Positions 33,085 through 42,450 of a stretch of 64,000 nucleotides of DNA are shown piece by piece. Under the pieces are notes generated by a model that did no database searches, had not been told where the DNA came from, and was given only the letters and a program-made list of their open reading frames with translations. Each line of letters begins with the position of its first letter. The first letter of the stretch is position 1. The position numbers and the translations under genes are program-made. The stretch lies in IMG/VR virus record IMGVR_UViG_3300009093_000035, positions 184,580 to 248,579 of that record. The stretch is one strand, 5' to 3'.

Positions 33085-33887
33085 GCGCTGAGGTGGTCGA
33101 CCGCGTCCGCGAGTAGCTTCTTCGAGACCGACTCGTAGTCCTTCCCGCGGAAGGTCGAGATCATGCCGTAGGGGGCGTCTCCCTGTACGTATCCGGAGGC
33201 CTCGGCGCCTTCCTTCACGCTGATTGATACGGCGATTCGAACGGGGTTCGTTCCCATCGCGACCTCGACGAGCGTGTAGAGGGAGTAGTCCCACCCGGGG
33301 ACAGATCCCGGAACCGACTTCACGAGCGTCACTGACGCCGGCTTCGGCTTGATCTTCTTCAGCCCGGACACCCAAGCGGTTCCGGCTTTCTTCGCCGCCT
33401 TCTTCAGATCGTCGTAGGTGAGCGAAGCGACACGACCCGGACGAAGCCTCTGGCGAAGGAGGTACTGGTGGGTCTCGTGGGTGTTGGCGATCGACATGAT
33501 GTAGTCGTCGAGCCCGAGGGTCATCTCGTCCATGCCCTTCAGCGTCTCGTAGACCTTCTTCGCCGCGTTCTGGAAGTGGGTCTCCATGAGGAGGGCGCGC
33601 TTGTAGACGTCGGTCGTTTCGTCATAGAGCGCGAGGAAGTCCTCGGAGAACTCCATGCTCGGGAGAGCGGAGACGGCTTCCGCTCCGTAGTACGAGACGA
33701 TCTTCTCCGCGAGCGCGTCGATCTCATCCGTGATCGCGGTGTAGAGACGCTCGAAGAGGAGGTGGTCCCCGTAAGAGGTATCGCCTCGAACCTGCCAGTG
33801 AGAGGTCCAGTGGCTCCAGTGAAGAGCGCGGAGGATCCCCAACAGCTGTTTAAGGAGGACCTTGTTGTCGGGGTTGGCGGGTTCCAT
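33081..33887 (-). CDS. Dps/ferritin-like protein with C-terminal extension
   Basis: HWTSHWQVRG..YGDHLLFERLY..DEIDALAEK. Confidence 0.8.
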   Translation of the reverse strand: MEPANPDNKVLLKQLLGILRALHWSHWTSHWQVRGDTSYGDHLLFERLYTAITDEIDALAEKIVSYYGAEAVSALPSMEFSEDFLALYDETTDVYKRALLMETHFQNAAKKVYETLKGMDEMTLGLDDYIMSIANTHETHQYLLRQRLRPGRVASLTYDDLKKAAKKAGTAWVSGLKKIKPKPASVTLVKSVPGSVPGWDYSLYTLVEVAMGTNPVRIAVSISVKEGAEASGYVQGDAPYGMISTFRGKDYESVSKKLLADAVDHLSA

Positions 33888-33911
33888 CGTCTCCCCGTCT
33901 CTATAGCCGCG

Positions 33912-34295
33912 CTACCCGGGCTTTCGATACGAAGTCCGAGACTCGTCCTCGACACCGCGCCAGGGCTCGGCTTCTAGGAGGTTCCCCTCCAGATCGAAGA
34001 CGCCCCATTGGTTGTAGCGCCTTCCGTGAAGGAAGAGCGTCCAGACGGGTCCGAAGGGAAGGCTCACTCGATGGGGGACGTCCCCTTTCAGAAGGTTCAG
34101 CCCTACCTTCCATCGCGGGGCCTTTCCGACTTTCGTCTCCTGGTAAGCCCCGAAGATCAGACTCACCCCGTCCCACGGGTGGGAGTGTAGTGTGTCTTCA
34201 GGATCGGCCTTCTTGATACGGTGAAGAAAGAGACCGAACCCTCTGAAGGAGAGGAGGTAGTACCGGTCCAGAGACTCTCTACGCGAGACCCTCAT
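33912..34295 (-). CDS. Cupin-like protein
   Basis: LHSHPW..GAYQE..HRV..WTLF. Confidence 0.65.
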   Translation of the reverse strand: MRVSRRESLDRYYLLSFRGFGLFLHRIKKADPEDTLHSHPWDGVSLIFGAYQETKVGKAPRWKVGLNLLKGDVPHRVSLPFGPVWTLFLHGRRYNQWGVFDLEGNLLEAEPWRGVEDESRTSYRKPG

Positions 34296-34783
34296 ACCTT
34301 CCGGATGACAGCCTTCTTGTAGTTCCAGGTCAGCTCTTCGTTCGCGCGGATATCCCGAAGCGCTCGGAACTCGATCGCGGAGATCCCCCTTCGAAGGACA
34401 CACTCAGTGTTCGGCGCGCGCTTCGTAGACTCCAACGAGTCCATGTTGTAGAGGAGCCCGTCCCCCGAGATGATTGCCCTCATTCCGTTGACCCACGGGA
34501 AGAGGTAGCGATTGATCGTGGGGATCGTGAGGGTCGCCTTCGACTCGTCGGGAGGGATCGGCATCACCCAGCACCGCTCGACGGTCTCCCCCTTGAGAAT
34601 GTCTCGGATGGCGAAGACCCCCCGCCCTCGGTTGTCGCTCACCCACCTAGGTTCCGTGGGCCACCCTTCCGGAGGACGCGGCGGAGTCTTCTTGAGACAT
34701 GACTTGCACACGAAGGGAGCGTTCTGCTCCGAGACGTTCTTCGGATCCTTGTAGATCAGACCGCAGTCGGGGCAGGCTCTCAC
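34292..34783 (-). CDS. SET-domain protein with N-terminal Zn finger
   Basis: GRGVFAIRDILKGE, LLYN, FRALRDIRANEELTWNY. Confidence 0.8.
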   Translation of the reverse strand: MRACPDCGLIYKDPKNVSEQNAPFVCKSCLKKTPPRPPEGWPTEPRWVSDNRGRGVFAIRDILKGETVERCWVMPIPPDESKATLTIPTINRYLFPWVNGMRAIISGDGLLYNMDSLESTKRAPNTECVLRRGISAIEFRALRDIRANEELTWNYKKAVIRKV

Positions 34784-34935
34784 TGGTCGCCTTCTTCCAT
34801 CGGAGGTGCCGTCACCTCATGAAGCCAATCCCCGGCTCGTTCCGCTCCCAAAGCCCAAAGCACTCCGCACACAGGATGTACGAAGACATTGTGGAGGAAG
34901 AACACGAAGCGCGAACGGCGGGTCACGGCTCTTGA

Positions 34936-35376
34936 CTATACCGGGAGGCCCTTCCGAGCGACGAAGGCTCTCCATGGCGTGTAGGTTCGGGTCTTCGGGT
35001 CCAGAAAGAACCAACTGTTCGTCTCAGGACCCGCAATGAACAACGTCCACGCCTCTCCTTCGAGGAGGTCAACTCGGTGATAGTCGATGTCGCGGATGAA
35101 GTTGAACGACCCCGGGCGCAGGGTCCGCGTCACGAGAGTCGAAGTGGAGTCGGTCTCAGGCTTCTCGCGGAACTCGATGTAGCCGCCCTTCAGCACGATC
35201 GAGAGCGCCCACTTCCAGGGATGGGAGTGGAGTTCCTCGTCCTCGTCGGAGCGGTGGAACTGGTGGATGTAGATCCGAACGAACTTCTTCCCCAGATTGA
35301 GGAGTCGGTACTTCGTGAGGTAGGGGCCGTCGAGACCGGAGATCGTTCGGTGGAAGAGGAAGTCGAGAAGTCTCAC
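34936..35376 (-). CDS. Cupin-like protein
   Basis: LHSHPW..GGYIE..YHRV..WTLF. Confidence 0.7.
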   Translation of the reverse strand: MRLLDFLFHRTISGLDGPYLTKYRLLNLGKKFVRIYIHQFHRSDEDEELHSHPWKWALSIVLKGGYIEFREKPETDSTSTLVTRTLRPGSFNFIRDIDYHRVDLLEGEAWTLFIAGPETNSWFFLDPKTRTYTPWRAFVARKGLPV

Positions 35377-35892
35377 GGGCCCTCCGGAGGATACTCGGCG
35401 AGGCCTGCCCTCACAGCCACCTCGGCTACAGCCTCATCCATGAACGTCTCGATCGTGTGAGTCGCGTCCCCGTCCGAAACCCGGACGAGAAGACCGCAAG
35501 TATCACAGACCCCGGAGAAGTTCGGGGGGATGGTCACGGAGGCCGCGGTTCCCGATACAGAACCCGTACAACGAAGACGGACGGCTACCATATCGATTCC
35601 ACTTGTCCCTTCAGGACGGTTCGATACTGGTTGAGCTTCCACTCGAAGTCGGCTCGGAATTCGGCGATCTCCTCGCTGACCGTCTTCCCCTCTCGGATCT
35701 CCCCGAAGTCTCGAAGGGCGTGCCACCACGTATGGCGGTACCCGCCCCAGGGGTACTTCTGGGCTTCCTCCATACAAAGGAAGTACCAGTTGCCGTTCTC
35801 GTCGGTTCCGCGGGGAACGAAGAGGAACATGAAGAAGAGAGCCAGCTCACAACCGATACGAACACGCTCCTCGGTCAGAGGTTCGGTTCCGT

Positions 35893-36249
35893 TCAGGTAG
35901 AGGCGGCGTCGGCGGGCTTCACCCATTCGTACAATCCTTCGGTCTCTGTTACGGCGAACCCGTTCTTGACGTAGAACCGGGCTTGGGATTCTGGGTCTTC
36001 GTCGTATCCCCCCGGAGTCACTAGGACGCGTCGGGCTCCCTGATCCGCCGCTACCTTCAGCGCTGCCTGAAGAAGTCGGGAGCCCAGCCCCTGGCTCCTC
36101 GTATTGGGTCCCTGGACCAGAGCGCGATTCACCCACCACACTCCCGGCTCGTGGGTTGAAAGGTCGACGGTTCCTCGGCGAAGAAGATTGCTGGGATCTC
36201 TCCAAGAGACCGTGATGCACCCGAAGGAGGCTTGAATCGAGAGGTCCAA
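35893..36249 (-). CDS. GNAT acetyltransferase
   Basis: RSQGLGSRLL, ARFYVKNGF. Confidence 0.75.
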   Translation of the reverse strand: MDLSIQASFGCITVSWRDPSNLLRRGTVDLSTHEPGVWWVNRALVQGPNTRSQGLGSRLLQAALKVAADQGARRVLVTPGGYDEDPESQARFYVKNGFAVTETEGLYEWVKPADAAST

Positions 36250-36533
36250 AGATCAGCGCTTCCCGAGTTCTTCGGTGAGCCGCTCGACCTCGGAGATCAG
36301 CCAGGCGAGATCTTGGGGGGCGTTCGCGATCAGGTCCGCGTTCGCCCTCACCGGCAAGCAACACGTCCACACCGTGGCGATCTCCTCGGAGTTCGACGGA
36401 CTTCGGATCGTGAGTGGAGGAGTCCCGTCTGGATGATTCTTCTGCCCCATGCGGAGATAGAAAGGAGTAGGTCCTGCCCACCAAGGCTGAGGGGTAGCGG
36501 CCTTCAATCGAGACTTGATCTCGTCGATTCTAC

Positions 36534-36872
36534 TCATTGAGAGCTTACGCCTTGGCGGAGCTTCGCTTGAAGCTCGCGGTACCGGAGAAGCCCCACCACA
36601 TCGACCGGGCCAATACGACCCTCCAAGCACGAGGCGGAGAACTCGGGGATCGTGTAGGGGAGGTAGAGCTGGTCCCACTTCGGATCACGGGTTTCCACAT
36701 TCACCGCGATCAAGGCGTAGCCTTCCCCGTCCTGGGTCTCTACCTCGACCGCCGAAGCTCCCTTCCGAAGAGCCGCGTCGCAAGCGTCTCGAAGAGCTAC
36801 CAGCCCCTCGGCGTCGGCCACGATGTAGGCGTCATCGTGATGGGCCCCTTGGGCGTAGAGGTGGATCTTCAT
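36534..36872 (-). CDS. Hypothetical protein
   Basis: Codon bias, operonic. Confidence 0.6.
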   Translation of the reverse strand: MKIHLYAQGAHHDDAYIVADAEGLVALRDACDAALRKGASAVEVETQDGEGYALIAVNVETRDPKWDQLYLPYTIPEFSASCLEGRIGPVDVVGLLRYRELQAKLRQGVSSQ

Positions 36873-36890
36873 CCGAAACCGTACCGGGGT

Positions 36891-37298
36891 TCACTCCCCG
36901 AGGTCGATCACGGTGGTTTGGGTCTGGACCCCGAAGACGTTGACGAGCCAGTTCACGGTGACCCCGTCCGCTCCCGTCACGATCACGAGAAGGTTCCCCT
37001 CCCCATCGAAGTCGAAGGAGACGTCCCAGAGGGAGGCCGCCGTGTTCTTCATCGGGGCGTAGACGTCGATCGACGAGATCAGGTCAGGCAGCCCATCCGA
37101 CTCGCGACGAAGAAACACGCGCTTCTGAACGTGGTAGGCACCGTTGTTCGAGGAAGACCCCGCGACCACTTCCACGTCGAACGCGGTGACCGTGGAGTGA
37201 TCCACGGTATCCCGGGTCGCCATCGTAGGCACGCTGTCCGTAGTGACCACCGTCGGAGATCGAGCGTCTACACCCATGATGAGAACCCTCCTGATCAC
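36891..37298 (-). CDS. Hypothetical, paralog of 6368-6772
   Basis: Colinear similarity. Confidence 0.7.
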   Translation of the reverse strand: MIRRVLIMGVDARSPTVVTTDSVPTMATRDTVDHSTVTAFDVEVVAGSSSNNGAYHVQKRVFLRRESDGLPDLISSIDVYAPMKNTAASLWDVSFDFDGEGNLLVIVTGADGVTVNWLVNVFGVQTQTTVIDLGE

Positions 37299-38287
37299 CC
37301 ATTACTCCTTCGCCAGAAGGACTCTTGGACTTGGACGCAGAGATCGTTGATCTTGGCGTAGTTCGGATCCTTCGGGAGCGGAGCCGTAACCTTCTTGGCT
37401 TCGGCCTGAAGCTTCGTCGCCTGTTCCATGAGGTGATCGTAGGACCACTCGCCCCGGCGGATCGCGAGAAGCTCCTCCGCGTCGTCGCGATAGACGAGCA
37501 CCCCCTTCCCGGAGCAGATCTCCAGGCACATTCTCATGAGACGAACGAGGTGCATCGCGTGCTTCGTGTCGTAGCCGTACTTCGCTTCGAGCGCGGCACG
37601 CTTCTCGTTCCGATTCTTCTGCCAGTCCAGGAACTGGTTCCAGTGCTTCAGATCGGTGCGGTAGCGCTTCTCCGCCGCGAGAAGCTCCATGACGTTCGGG
37701 TCGACCTCGATCTCCCCTCCGCTCTCTCGGGTCTTCTCGATCGTGGCCTCGTAGGCTCCGATCATCTCGGGGGAGATCTTCACCTTCTCCAGTCCGTAGT
37801 CCTTCCGGTCGGGCTGAACCTTCGGCGGGTTGAGGAGCCACTTGCGGTGGGTCTCGATCCGTCCGAGCTGGGAGTAGGCGTACCCCGAGAACGTCGCGCG
37901 GATCGCCTGGGAGAGGAAGATCTCCCGAGCCTCCCGGAGCATCCCTCCCTCCTCCGACATGAAGAGGACGTCCGCGTCCCGGACGAAGAGGACCTCGATG
38001 ATGTTGGGGTTGCAAGCCGCCGCGAGGAGGCAGAACTTCCGGACGTCGAAGAGGACGCGATCGATCACATCCTCAGGCTTCGTTCCTGGAGGTGCGTCCT
38101 CGGGCTTGATCTCGAACTGTTCGAACTCGTAGGCGAATCCGAGGACGATCTCCTTCGGAGCCACCACGATCCCCTTCGTGTCGACGTCCGAGTCCGGAAG
38201 GTTCGTCCCGTAGGCGTGACTTCCGTGGTTCGCGAGGAAGATCGTGTGGGCCGCGTAGTTGAAGGGAGGATGGAGGTTCTTGGACAT
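37295..38287 (-). CDS. Pol-beta-superfamily nucleotidyltransferase (RlaP/YcgL-like, RNA repair associated)
   Basis: GSHAYGTNLPDSDVDTKG, CNPNIIEVLF, GYDTKHAMHLVRL, LLAIRRG. Confidence 0.8.
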   Translation of the reverse strand: MSKNLHPPFNYAAHTIFLANHGSHAYGTNLPDSDVDTKGIVVAPKEIVLGFAYEFEQFEIKPEDAPPGTKPEDVIDRVLFDVRKFCLLAAACNPNIIEVLFVRDADVLFMSEEGGMLREAREIFLSQAIRATFSGYAYSQLGRIETHRKWLLNPPKVQPDRKDYGLEKVKISPEMIGAYEATIEKTRESGGEIEVDPNVMELLAAEKRYRTDLKHWNQFLDWQKNRNEKRAALEAKYGYDTKHAMHLVRLMRMCLEICSGKGVLVYRDDAEELLAIRRGEWSYDHLMEQATKLQAEAKKVTAPLPKDPNYAKINDLCVQVQESFWRRSNG

Positions 38288-38296
38288 AGCCGACCT

Positions 38297-38325
38297 GTAA
38301 CGAAGGAGAGACGGGTACTTACACC
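38297..38325 (-). promoter_or_regulatory. Bipartite promoter
   Basis: GGTGTA-N13-CCTTCGTTAC. Confidence 0.65.
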
Positions 38326-38395
38326 TCGGAAAGGCGAACGCCTTCGCCGGTGGTTGGCCGGGAAGGCGTTCGGGGAACTTCGAGGTCTGGAGGAA

Positions 38396-39199
38396 TCAGG
38401 CCGCCTGGGCCACCGGAGCCGTCGGGGGCACGAGTCGGAGATTCGGACGGGTCCGAGGCTGGGAGGCGTTCGCGAGCCTCAGGAGCGACTCCTCGTCGAA
38501 GCGAAGCATCAGCGCCTGGGCCAGCATCGTGTCAGCATCCGGAACGTCATCGCGAGGATGGACGCAAAGACTCTTGAGAGCCTTCCCGGTCTCGTCGATG
38601 AGGTCGATGTTCCCGGCGCGACCGCGGAAGATCCGGTACTTCTTCCCCGACTTCGAGACGATGAGAAACCAGTCCTCGCGAGCGAGCTGTTCCTGTTGGT
38701 CGGGGGTGAGGTGGGCTCGAAGAAGGGCTTCGGCCTTCGCGTCGGCTTCCTTCCGAGTAGCGAGACGAGCGAGGCGCTCTTCTTCTTGGACTCGGCGTTG
38801 CTCGGCGTACCGGGCCTCTCGCGCGATCCTCTGGTCGGGCGTCTCCACCGGAGCAACGACGCAGTTCCGATTGTAAATCGTCGCGGTTCCCGCGTTCCAG
38901 TTCGCCCACGTGTTGTCGATCGTGTAGACCGAACCAGACGCAGTGACAGCCAGGGTGCTGTTGTTCCAGGCGGACCACGTAGCCGAGTTCGTCGTGTAGG
39001 ACGTAATCGAGCTTGCGGTCGCGTTCAACCACGTCTGATCCGTGTTCCAACGGACCCAGATGTTGTTCATGGCCGCCATGTTGGCCTGAGTCGCGGGGAG
39101 CCCCACGAACCTCTGGAGATCTCTTTCGAGGCTCGGAGCCTCGGTAGCCGTTGAGGTGACGACCTCCGAAGCCACCGAAAGCGCAGACCCAACGGGCAT
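38396..39199 (-). CDS. Hypothetical protein
   Basis: Codon bias. Confidence 0.65.
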   Translation of the reverse strand: MPVGSALSVASEVVTSTATEAPSLERDLQRFVGLPATQANMAAMNNIWVRWNTDQTWLNATASSITSYTTNSATWSAWNNSTLAVTASGSVYTIDNTWANWNAGTATIYNRNCVVAPVETPDQRIAREARYAEQRRVQEEERLARLATRKEADAKAEALLRAHLTPDQQEQLAREDWFLIVSKSGKKYRIFRGRAGNIDLIDETGKALKSLCVHPRDDVPDADTMLAQALMLRFDEESLLRLANASQPRTRPNLRLVPPTAPVAQAA

Positions 39200-39203
39200 C
39201 GAC

Positions 39204-39524
39204 TCAGCCCCCGACCATCGGGGAGATGAAGATCACTCGACCCGCCTTCGGATCGAACTCCTTCATCTGGTCCCCCTGATCGCCCTTCTCGTTCGAGCAG
39301 TGGAAGGCCTTGTAGCCCTTCTTCGTGAGGTCCTCGAACGAACGGCGAGCATCGTCGACCTCGACGGCCTTCGCCGGGTCCCAGATCTTCTTCACGTCGC
39401 CGCTTCGGTCCATGATCTCGAAGAGGAGCTTCCCTCCGCGGACCTGAGTCCGAAGATCGGCCTCCGTGAGCTTCTCGACCGAACCATCGTGGCGCTTCAC
39501 GTCGAACTGGGAGGCGATTTCCAT
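39204..39524 (-). CDS. Hypothetical, C-terminal GG
   Basis: Ends SPMVGG. Confidence 0.6.
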   Translation of the reverse strand: MEIASQFDVKRHDGSVEKLTEADLRTQVRGGKLLFEIMDRSGDVKKIWDPAKAVEVDDARRSFEDLTKKGYKAFHCSNEKGDQGDQMKEFDPKAGRVIFISPMVGG

Positions 39525-39757
39525 GAGTCTGTATCTCCGACCGGGACTTGGGCGTAGGCGTCCGGAAGCCTGCGGACCTTACGCCTTCGCCCGGTCAGGG
39601 CTTCTTCAGATTCTTCATGGCCCGCTCGCTGAACTGAATCCCCTTCGCTTCGGAGTCGTTCGTACGACGCCACCGACCGAGGAAGAAACCGCAGGCGAAG
39701 ACCGCCCAGAACAAGAAGAAGTTTCCGATCACGAGCCGGTTACGCCGGGAGATCGAT

Positions 39758-39833
39758 TGGGTCCGACCGGATTCGAACCGGTACATGTCCGTTTATGAGA
39801 CGGGGGTTCTGGAACCTGTTGAACTACGGACCC
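39758..39833 (-). tRNA. Solitary tRNA(CAU), Ile2 or elongator Met
   Basis: Acceptor GGGTCCG/CGGACCC, loop CTCATAA, T arm ACCGG-TTCGAAT-CCGGT. Confidence 0.85.
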
Positions 39834-39982
39834 GGTAGGACTTACGATCCGGGGACGAGGAAATAGAACCTCCTCTCGATTGCCGCTTTGCGCCAGGGGT
39901 TTTGGCGGGACACATCGGGAGGAGGCAATCCTCTGCGTTTATAGGTCGCGAAATAGCCTTTACGGAACCGGGGGTCCCGAGG

Positions 39983-40306
39983 CTACTGAGAGTCCCCGCA
40001 CGTGTCGAACTTCCCGCCCCGTATGAAGCCGTGCCACTGACAGCTATCCTCCCCTCCGAGGATGTGGATAGAGGGGCTGACGGTGATGTTGGGAAGGTCT
40101 CCAAAGTGGTCCCAGGCTTGCTTCCCGTTCAACCAACTCGCCGGAGGTCCTCCATCGAGAGGTCTCAGGAAGGGAACGGCCAAGCGACAGTTGTCGTGGA
40201 TCGGACAGTCGAAAGAGAATCCGATTCCCTGACGACCGTCCATGCTCACCAGCTCAGGATCGGCCTCTGAGAGGAAGACGAGGTCCTTCAGTCGACGGGG
40301 CTTCAT
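39983..40306 (-). CDS. Hypothetical Zn-binding protein
   Basis: CP.H..C, TVSPSI, C.WHGFI. Confidence 0.55.
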   Translation of the reverse strand: MKPRRLKDLVFLSEADPELVSMDGRQGIGFSFDCPIHDNCRLAVPFLRPLDGGPPASWLNGKQAWDHFGDLPNITVSPSIHILGGEDSCQWHGFIRGGKFDTCGDSQ

Positions 40307-40983
40307 TCGACCACCCGACTGGCTGCGTAGGCTCGGACGAGCCTCAAGTAGTCGGAGTTGGGGGCTCCTGCGGGAGTAGCGCTCGCTACGATCTTCAAGG
40401 CCTCCTCGACGTCGACTCCGGATCGAATCAGTAGGCCGGCATGGAGCGCTCCGGTTCGATCCGCGCCCAGCATACAGTGGACGTAGTAGACCGTGGCGGG
40501 TTCCTTCAGATTGAGGTAGAGCCCGTGGATGTACTCCACGACTCCCGCGAAGTCCCAGCCGGGGGAGTGGAGGAAGACCTTCGGGTCGTCATTCGGCGCC
40601 ATCCCTTCAAAGGGCCACCAGATCATGTGGGACTTCGGACGAACGAGACTTCCGTAGACGAGATGGCCGTTCCCCAAGAGCTTCTTCGGGTCCCAGCCAG
40701 GCTGGCGAACGTATGGGGGCCAGCTGTCGGCGGGGAAGTTTCCCGGATCTTCTCCGAACGCCTTCAGTTCATCCGACCAGGACGAGCGTTCACCGGTGTT
40801 GTCGATGAAGGAGATACTGACGAAGCGATCAGCCGAGAAGTCGAGGGAGAGAGCCGACTCGATCTCGGGATAGGCGAAGTCCTTTCCGACGAGAGGCATG
40901 TTCCCTCGAACGAGAAGGTGGTGAGACCTCGTTCGAGGAAGATCGATCACGGCTACCCGCTTGGGATCGAAGGTCGTGCTCAC
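40303..40983 (-). CDS. Protein tyrosine / dual-specificity phosphatase family
   Basis: HCMLGADRTG (CX5R). Confidence 0.8.
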   Translation of the reverse strand: MSTTFDPKRVAVIDLPRTRSHHLLVRGNMPLVGKDFAYPEIESALSLDFSADRFVSISFIDNTGERSSWSDELKAFGEDPGNFPADSWPPYVRQPGWDPKKLLGNGHLVYGSLVRPKSHMIWWPFEGMAPNDDPKVFLHSPGWDFAGVVEYIHGLYLNLKEPATVYYVHCMLGADRTGALHAGLLIRSGVDVEEALKIVASATPAGAPNSDYLRLVRAYAASRVVE

Positions 40984-41937
40984 GTCTTCACTCCTCGGAC
41001 TCGTTCTCTCGGTCGTTGTATCGAATCACCTCTCGGGTCGAGAGAAGCTCGAAGCTGAGAGGGATACAGAGACTCTCGAACTGAGAGACTTTCGTGGTCT
41101 TCAACCAAACAATCGCTTTCCACTTCTTCACCGAGAAGCGGTCCACATGAGAGACGCGAGCGTCGGCTCGGAAAACAGCGTTCCCGAACCGTCCCAACGG
41201 TACCGCGTTAGGCGATACCGTAACTTGGTACGCGACGCGTCCTTCAGTAGAGAAAGCGAGACCCATGTTACTCCCGTCGGGGGAGATAGCCGAGTCACCC
41301 ATCTACAAAGGTGTCAAATGAAAACGACCGCGTTTCTCACGCGGTCGTTTGGTCGGCAGAGACTCGGATCTCTATCGGCGGAGGGGGAGTCTCTGGTCCA
41401 GGGCGATCAGGTACGCGACGCGAATCGCGCGGATCGTACGGTTCAGGTCCTTCGAGTTTTCGCGGCAACGCTTCTCGGCGCCGACCGCGAACTCGACTCC
41501 GCTCGTGTAGTCGGGGCCTTCGGATCCCCAACGCGCGATCAGGGTCGGCCCTCCGATCACCTTGTCGCAGAAGTAGAGGTCGTGACGCTCGAAGGTGCCG
41601 AGGAACAGGCAGCTTCCACAGTCGTGCTTGTGGATGGGGCTCTCGACGCCCGCGATCTTCGCGTTCTGGTTCATGCTTCGCTCTCTTCCTTGTACTGACG
41701 GGCCGGGGGGTCGATCGGGGGGGCCAGGATGGCCATCCCCTGGAAGCGTTCCGCAATCTCGACCGCCTTCTCTTCGGTGTACGGGATCGCGAGGTACTGC
41801 TGCTTCGTCCAGCCTCCGCCGCGCTTCGTCGTGTCGTTGAGGAACTCGCAACGCCCCGTCGCGTCCCCTCGGACGACGATGTGGGTGTGGGTCTTCAATC
41901 GCTCCCGAAGGGTCTCTCGTCGGTTGGTCACGCTCTA

Positions 41938-41966
41938 GTAACGAACGAGACCGCGACGTCTACACT
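41938..41966 (-). promoter_or_regulatory. Bipartite promoter
   Basis: AGTGTA-N13-CGTTCGTTAC. Confidence 0.75.
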
Positions 41967-41971
41967 CCGAT

Positions 41972-42154
41972 CTAGTAGCCGTCCTTCGCCCAGCCGCCGC
42001 CCTTCAGAACGAAGGCCGAACCCCCAGAAATCAGGCGCTTTACCTTCCCCTTGCACTTCTTCTTCGTGCAGTTCTCCAGAGGAGGGTCGGACATCTTCTG
42101 CTCCGCCTCGAAGGTCTTCCCGCACTTCTCGCACTTGTACTCGTACGTCGCCAC
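41972..42154 (-). CDS. FmdB-family zinc ribbon protein
   Basis: TYEYKCEKCG..RLIS..FVLKGGGWAKDGY. Confidence 0.85.
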   Translation of the reverse strand: MATYEYKCEKCGKTFEAEQKMSDPPLENCTKKKCKGKVKRLISGGSAFVLKGGGWAKDGY

Positions 42155-42450
42155 GAGGGAACTCTACTTTCCGAGAAGCTCCTTCGCTTCCCTTTCGACC
42201 CATTCCTCGACGGTCATGCGAGCCTCGGCGTCCGAAACACCATTCGCGGCCCAGGGGAGGCTCTCCCTCTCCTCCGTCGAGAGCGTGGAGGTAACTTTGA
42301 GGGGGAAGGCGAAGACTTCCGCCACCGGTTCCCCTGACCACGTTGAGACATGGTCTTCCACCCAACGCTCGGCCTCCTGATCGTCGAAGGCGGAGACCAG
42401 GAGCTTGTGGGTAACCAAGACCTCGAAGACCCGACGCCTTTTCTCCTTCA

